In this document: positions 61,791 through 64,000 of the stretch, one piece after another
How the letters are laid out: every line of letters begins with the position of its first letter
Position numbering within the stretch: the stretch's first letter is position 1
Assembly (NCBI RefSeq): GCF_018350175.1
Contig: NC_058368.1
Location: 93,622,001-93,686,000, forward strand
Direction: 5' to 3'
Origin: Felis catus
Lineage: Eukaryota
Length of the DNA: 64,000 nt
Program-made: the position numbers and the translations under genes
Notes under the pieces: model-generated
The model's input: only the letters and a program-made list of their open reading frames with translations
Databases searched by the model: none
What the model was told of the DNA's origin: nothing

Positions 61791-64000
61791 ATTGAGAAAA
61801 CAAAACAAATGTGGGCAATCGTAAAGTTTGGTCCTATCTGGGATTTTACTGGCTAATGTGCTGTCCTCTTATCATAAAATCCCTGAGCCCAACACTGACT
61901 CAGCTGTCAAGAGCTCCCGGCACTCTACAGACAAGGGCACACTGGGTTTATTGCTCCTGTATAAGCAGGTGGTACCTTTTATGATTCCTGTGTTATCCAG
62001 TAATGAGATCTGACCCAGGGCAGGGCGTGCTAAAAGTTACCAGTAGGAGGGCACTGCTGGGTGGGGAGCCCTGTCTGTTTACCTTTCCCAGTACCAGGGG
62101 CCAAAGGCTGTGCAGGGAAACTGGCTTGAACTCATTTCTATTCCATTCAACAAAAGATAACCAGCACTTACTCTGCATTGGAAGCACTGGAAATCTGAAA
62201 CCGAGTTCAGATTCAGTTCCCTGCTCAAGGGCCATGTGGGACAGTGGGGGAGAAACCATGGTATCAGACAGGAAGGCCCAGGGAAACACTTCAGCCAGAG
62301 GGCAGGTGAATCCCCGTTAGAGAAAAATGGGTTTATTGGTGGTTTGTTTATGGGTTTATTGAGAGGAGGGACTCTCCCGCATCTGATCTCTTACAGAGTT
62401 TCTCTTTGGTGACAGGAGGGCATGTTCTGATGGGGCATAAACCTTACGTTCAGTGGCCCGGTTCTTGTGAGAACGGGAGAGGGCTTTAGTATACAGGAAG
62501 AGCAAAATCACAGCACACGTAACTTGGCCTACTCCTGTGTCTCTGAGGTCTGAAAGAAGGGAGATTTTATCAGAAGTTTCTGGACTGTAAAATATGGTGG
62601 TACTCTGGGAGAGAGGGGCAGGCTTGGATTTTCTGTTCATGCTTTTTAGTCACTGATTGGCTAGTCGGGACAAGGGAGATGAACACTATTTTCTCAGACC
62701 CTGTGATAGTTAACACACAGCCACGTCTCCTTCAGGCTGTGAACTGGATCTGGGAGACACTTCCTGGGTCCCCTGCCTCCCGGAAGGAGCCATGTTTGCT
62801 CGCTGGGCCTCTGGGCCTCAGGTCAAAGCTCTGTTCAAGCCCATCTTGCAAACGTGAGGGATTTTTTTTTCCTTTTTAATAGTAAGTCTCTACATTACAG
62901 AAGCAATTTCCTAAACCGGGGGTTCTAAATCAGTCATCTGTGCTAAGTTTTATTCTATATGTTTTGAAATTATTTCCTCCACTTCCATGTTTTCTGAGGG
63001 TTGGGGGGCAGCCACCTGTTGGGTCTTCTCTCTGCCTGGAGTCTTCACTGTCACCACCATGTCCCCTTCTGTGTCCTGACATTCTCCCTCTCAAAGATGG
63101 ATGCCCACATCATCTCCTGAGAGAGGTAACATCCTTCCCTTCCTACCCACTTTCCCAAACTCGGAAGAGGAAAGAAACTCTATCTGCTTGGCTTTCTTCA
63201 GCACACACTGTGGTCTCACAGACTGTAATTCTTTGGTAAATTACACCAATAATTGTCCACCCATTAGGGGGAATTTGGTCTTTTGTAACATCTTCCTTTT
63301 ATGGATCTTCCAAACAACAGAGGAATGTCCCTCGTATGCAGGGCAAGATTTATTTATTTTTTAATGTTTGTTTATCTTTGAGAGAGAGAGAGAGAGAGAG
63401 TGGGGGAGGGACACAGAGAGACAAGGAGACACAGAATTCGAAGCAGGCTCTAGGCTCTGAGCTGTCAGGACAGAACTCGACACGGAGCTTGAACCCATGA
63501 ACCGCGAGATCATGACCTGAGCTGGAATCAGATGCTTAACCGACTGAGCCACTCAGGCACCCCCATATGAAAATTTAAAAACTACTGTGTGGAGATGGTC
63601 AGCTGAGTATGTGTGTGGAGGTAAGTTTATAATTATTGAGGAAGAAAAAGGACATACTATGAGTACATGATTTTTTTTTTTTTTTGAGAATGTGACTTGT
63701 AAAATGGATACAGATCAGCTAGAATAAGGATGTCTTAGTACCTTGAAGAAAGGAGAAACAGTGATCAATATTTAGGCTTACATTTTTAAAAAATAAGCCC
63801 TGAACAGTGATTTAGAGAGCGGTCATGTCCAAAGATGTTTTTCTCCTATAATTTATTTACATTTGATTTCTCTCGGCAATAATTTAATTACAGTCAAAAT
63901 GTATTACATCTTGCAAAGATAGACCATAATTTTACATCCAGCTTGAGGGGTAAGAAATGAGTTGACATGTTATTTTGCACCTTATGATAAACTGGCTACA

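Larger units (their letters stand above)
1385..63565. mobile_element. Dispersed Can-SINE (SINEC, felid type) copies, more than 50 in both orientations
   Basis: Repeated GGGGCGCCTGGGTGGCTCAGTCGGTT head, (CT)n stretch and AATAAA/poly(A) tail; these generate most of the short ORFs in the track. Confidence 0.95.

Noticed and set aside
62292..62305. CTCF-like motif CAGCCAGAGGGCAG (weaker matches near 33496 and 60275)
   Set aside because: Degenerate matches judged by eye; a matrix scan and ChIP data are needed.
1366..63552. Many similar ORFs of the MAQSVKHPTSAQVMIS type, resembling a gene family or spaced array
   Set aside because: Translations of dispersed Can-SINEs; irregular spacing, both strands, poly(A) tails and TSDs. 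Not a CRISPR array or a protein family.
63570..64000. AT-rich end with a minus-strand AATAAA near 63852, possibly the 3' end of the neighbouring gene (PGGT1B in human, from memory)
   Set aside because: No coding exon in the window to anchor it, and AATAAA is common in AT-rich DNA.
1..64000. A novel multi-gene system, horizontally acquired DNA or viral coding sequence
   Set aside because: Everything recognisable is explained by TRIM36, its promoters and common mammalian repeats; no gag, pol, env, transposase or prokaryote-like ORF was seen.

Overview
Mammalian genomic DNA, almost certainly from a felid or feliform carnivore (more than 50 tRNA-derived Can-SINEs by eye, many with the felid-type GACAGCTCAGAGCCTGGAGCCTGCTTC body). 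The window holds the whole coding region of TRIM36 on the minus strand. Ten GT-AG exons join without a frame break into 2187 nt (728 aa: RING, two B-boxes, coiled coil, COS, FN3, B30.2/SPRY), starting from a distal CpG-island first exon at 43457-43519. A second CpG island carries an alternative first exon at 32454-32480, giving 716 aa. The 3' UTR runs off the window start. The region from about 44.3 to 64 kb is repeat-rich, with no recognisable coding exon. I see no new multi-gene system. The best leads are regulatory: (1) a SINE-free part of intron 2 with eight sense-strand GCAUG (RBFOX) motifs around two candidate stop-containing exons; (2) two intron-1 segments that match my recollection of the human short-isoform terminal exons but have lost the reading frame; (3) an RFX X-box in the internal promoter; (4) upstream AUGs before both start codons; (5) a 67-bp Z-DNA-type tract; (6) tailless SINE-head insertions and nested transposons. 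Repeat family names and human comparisons come from memory, not from searches, and repeat boundaries are approximate.
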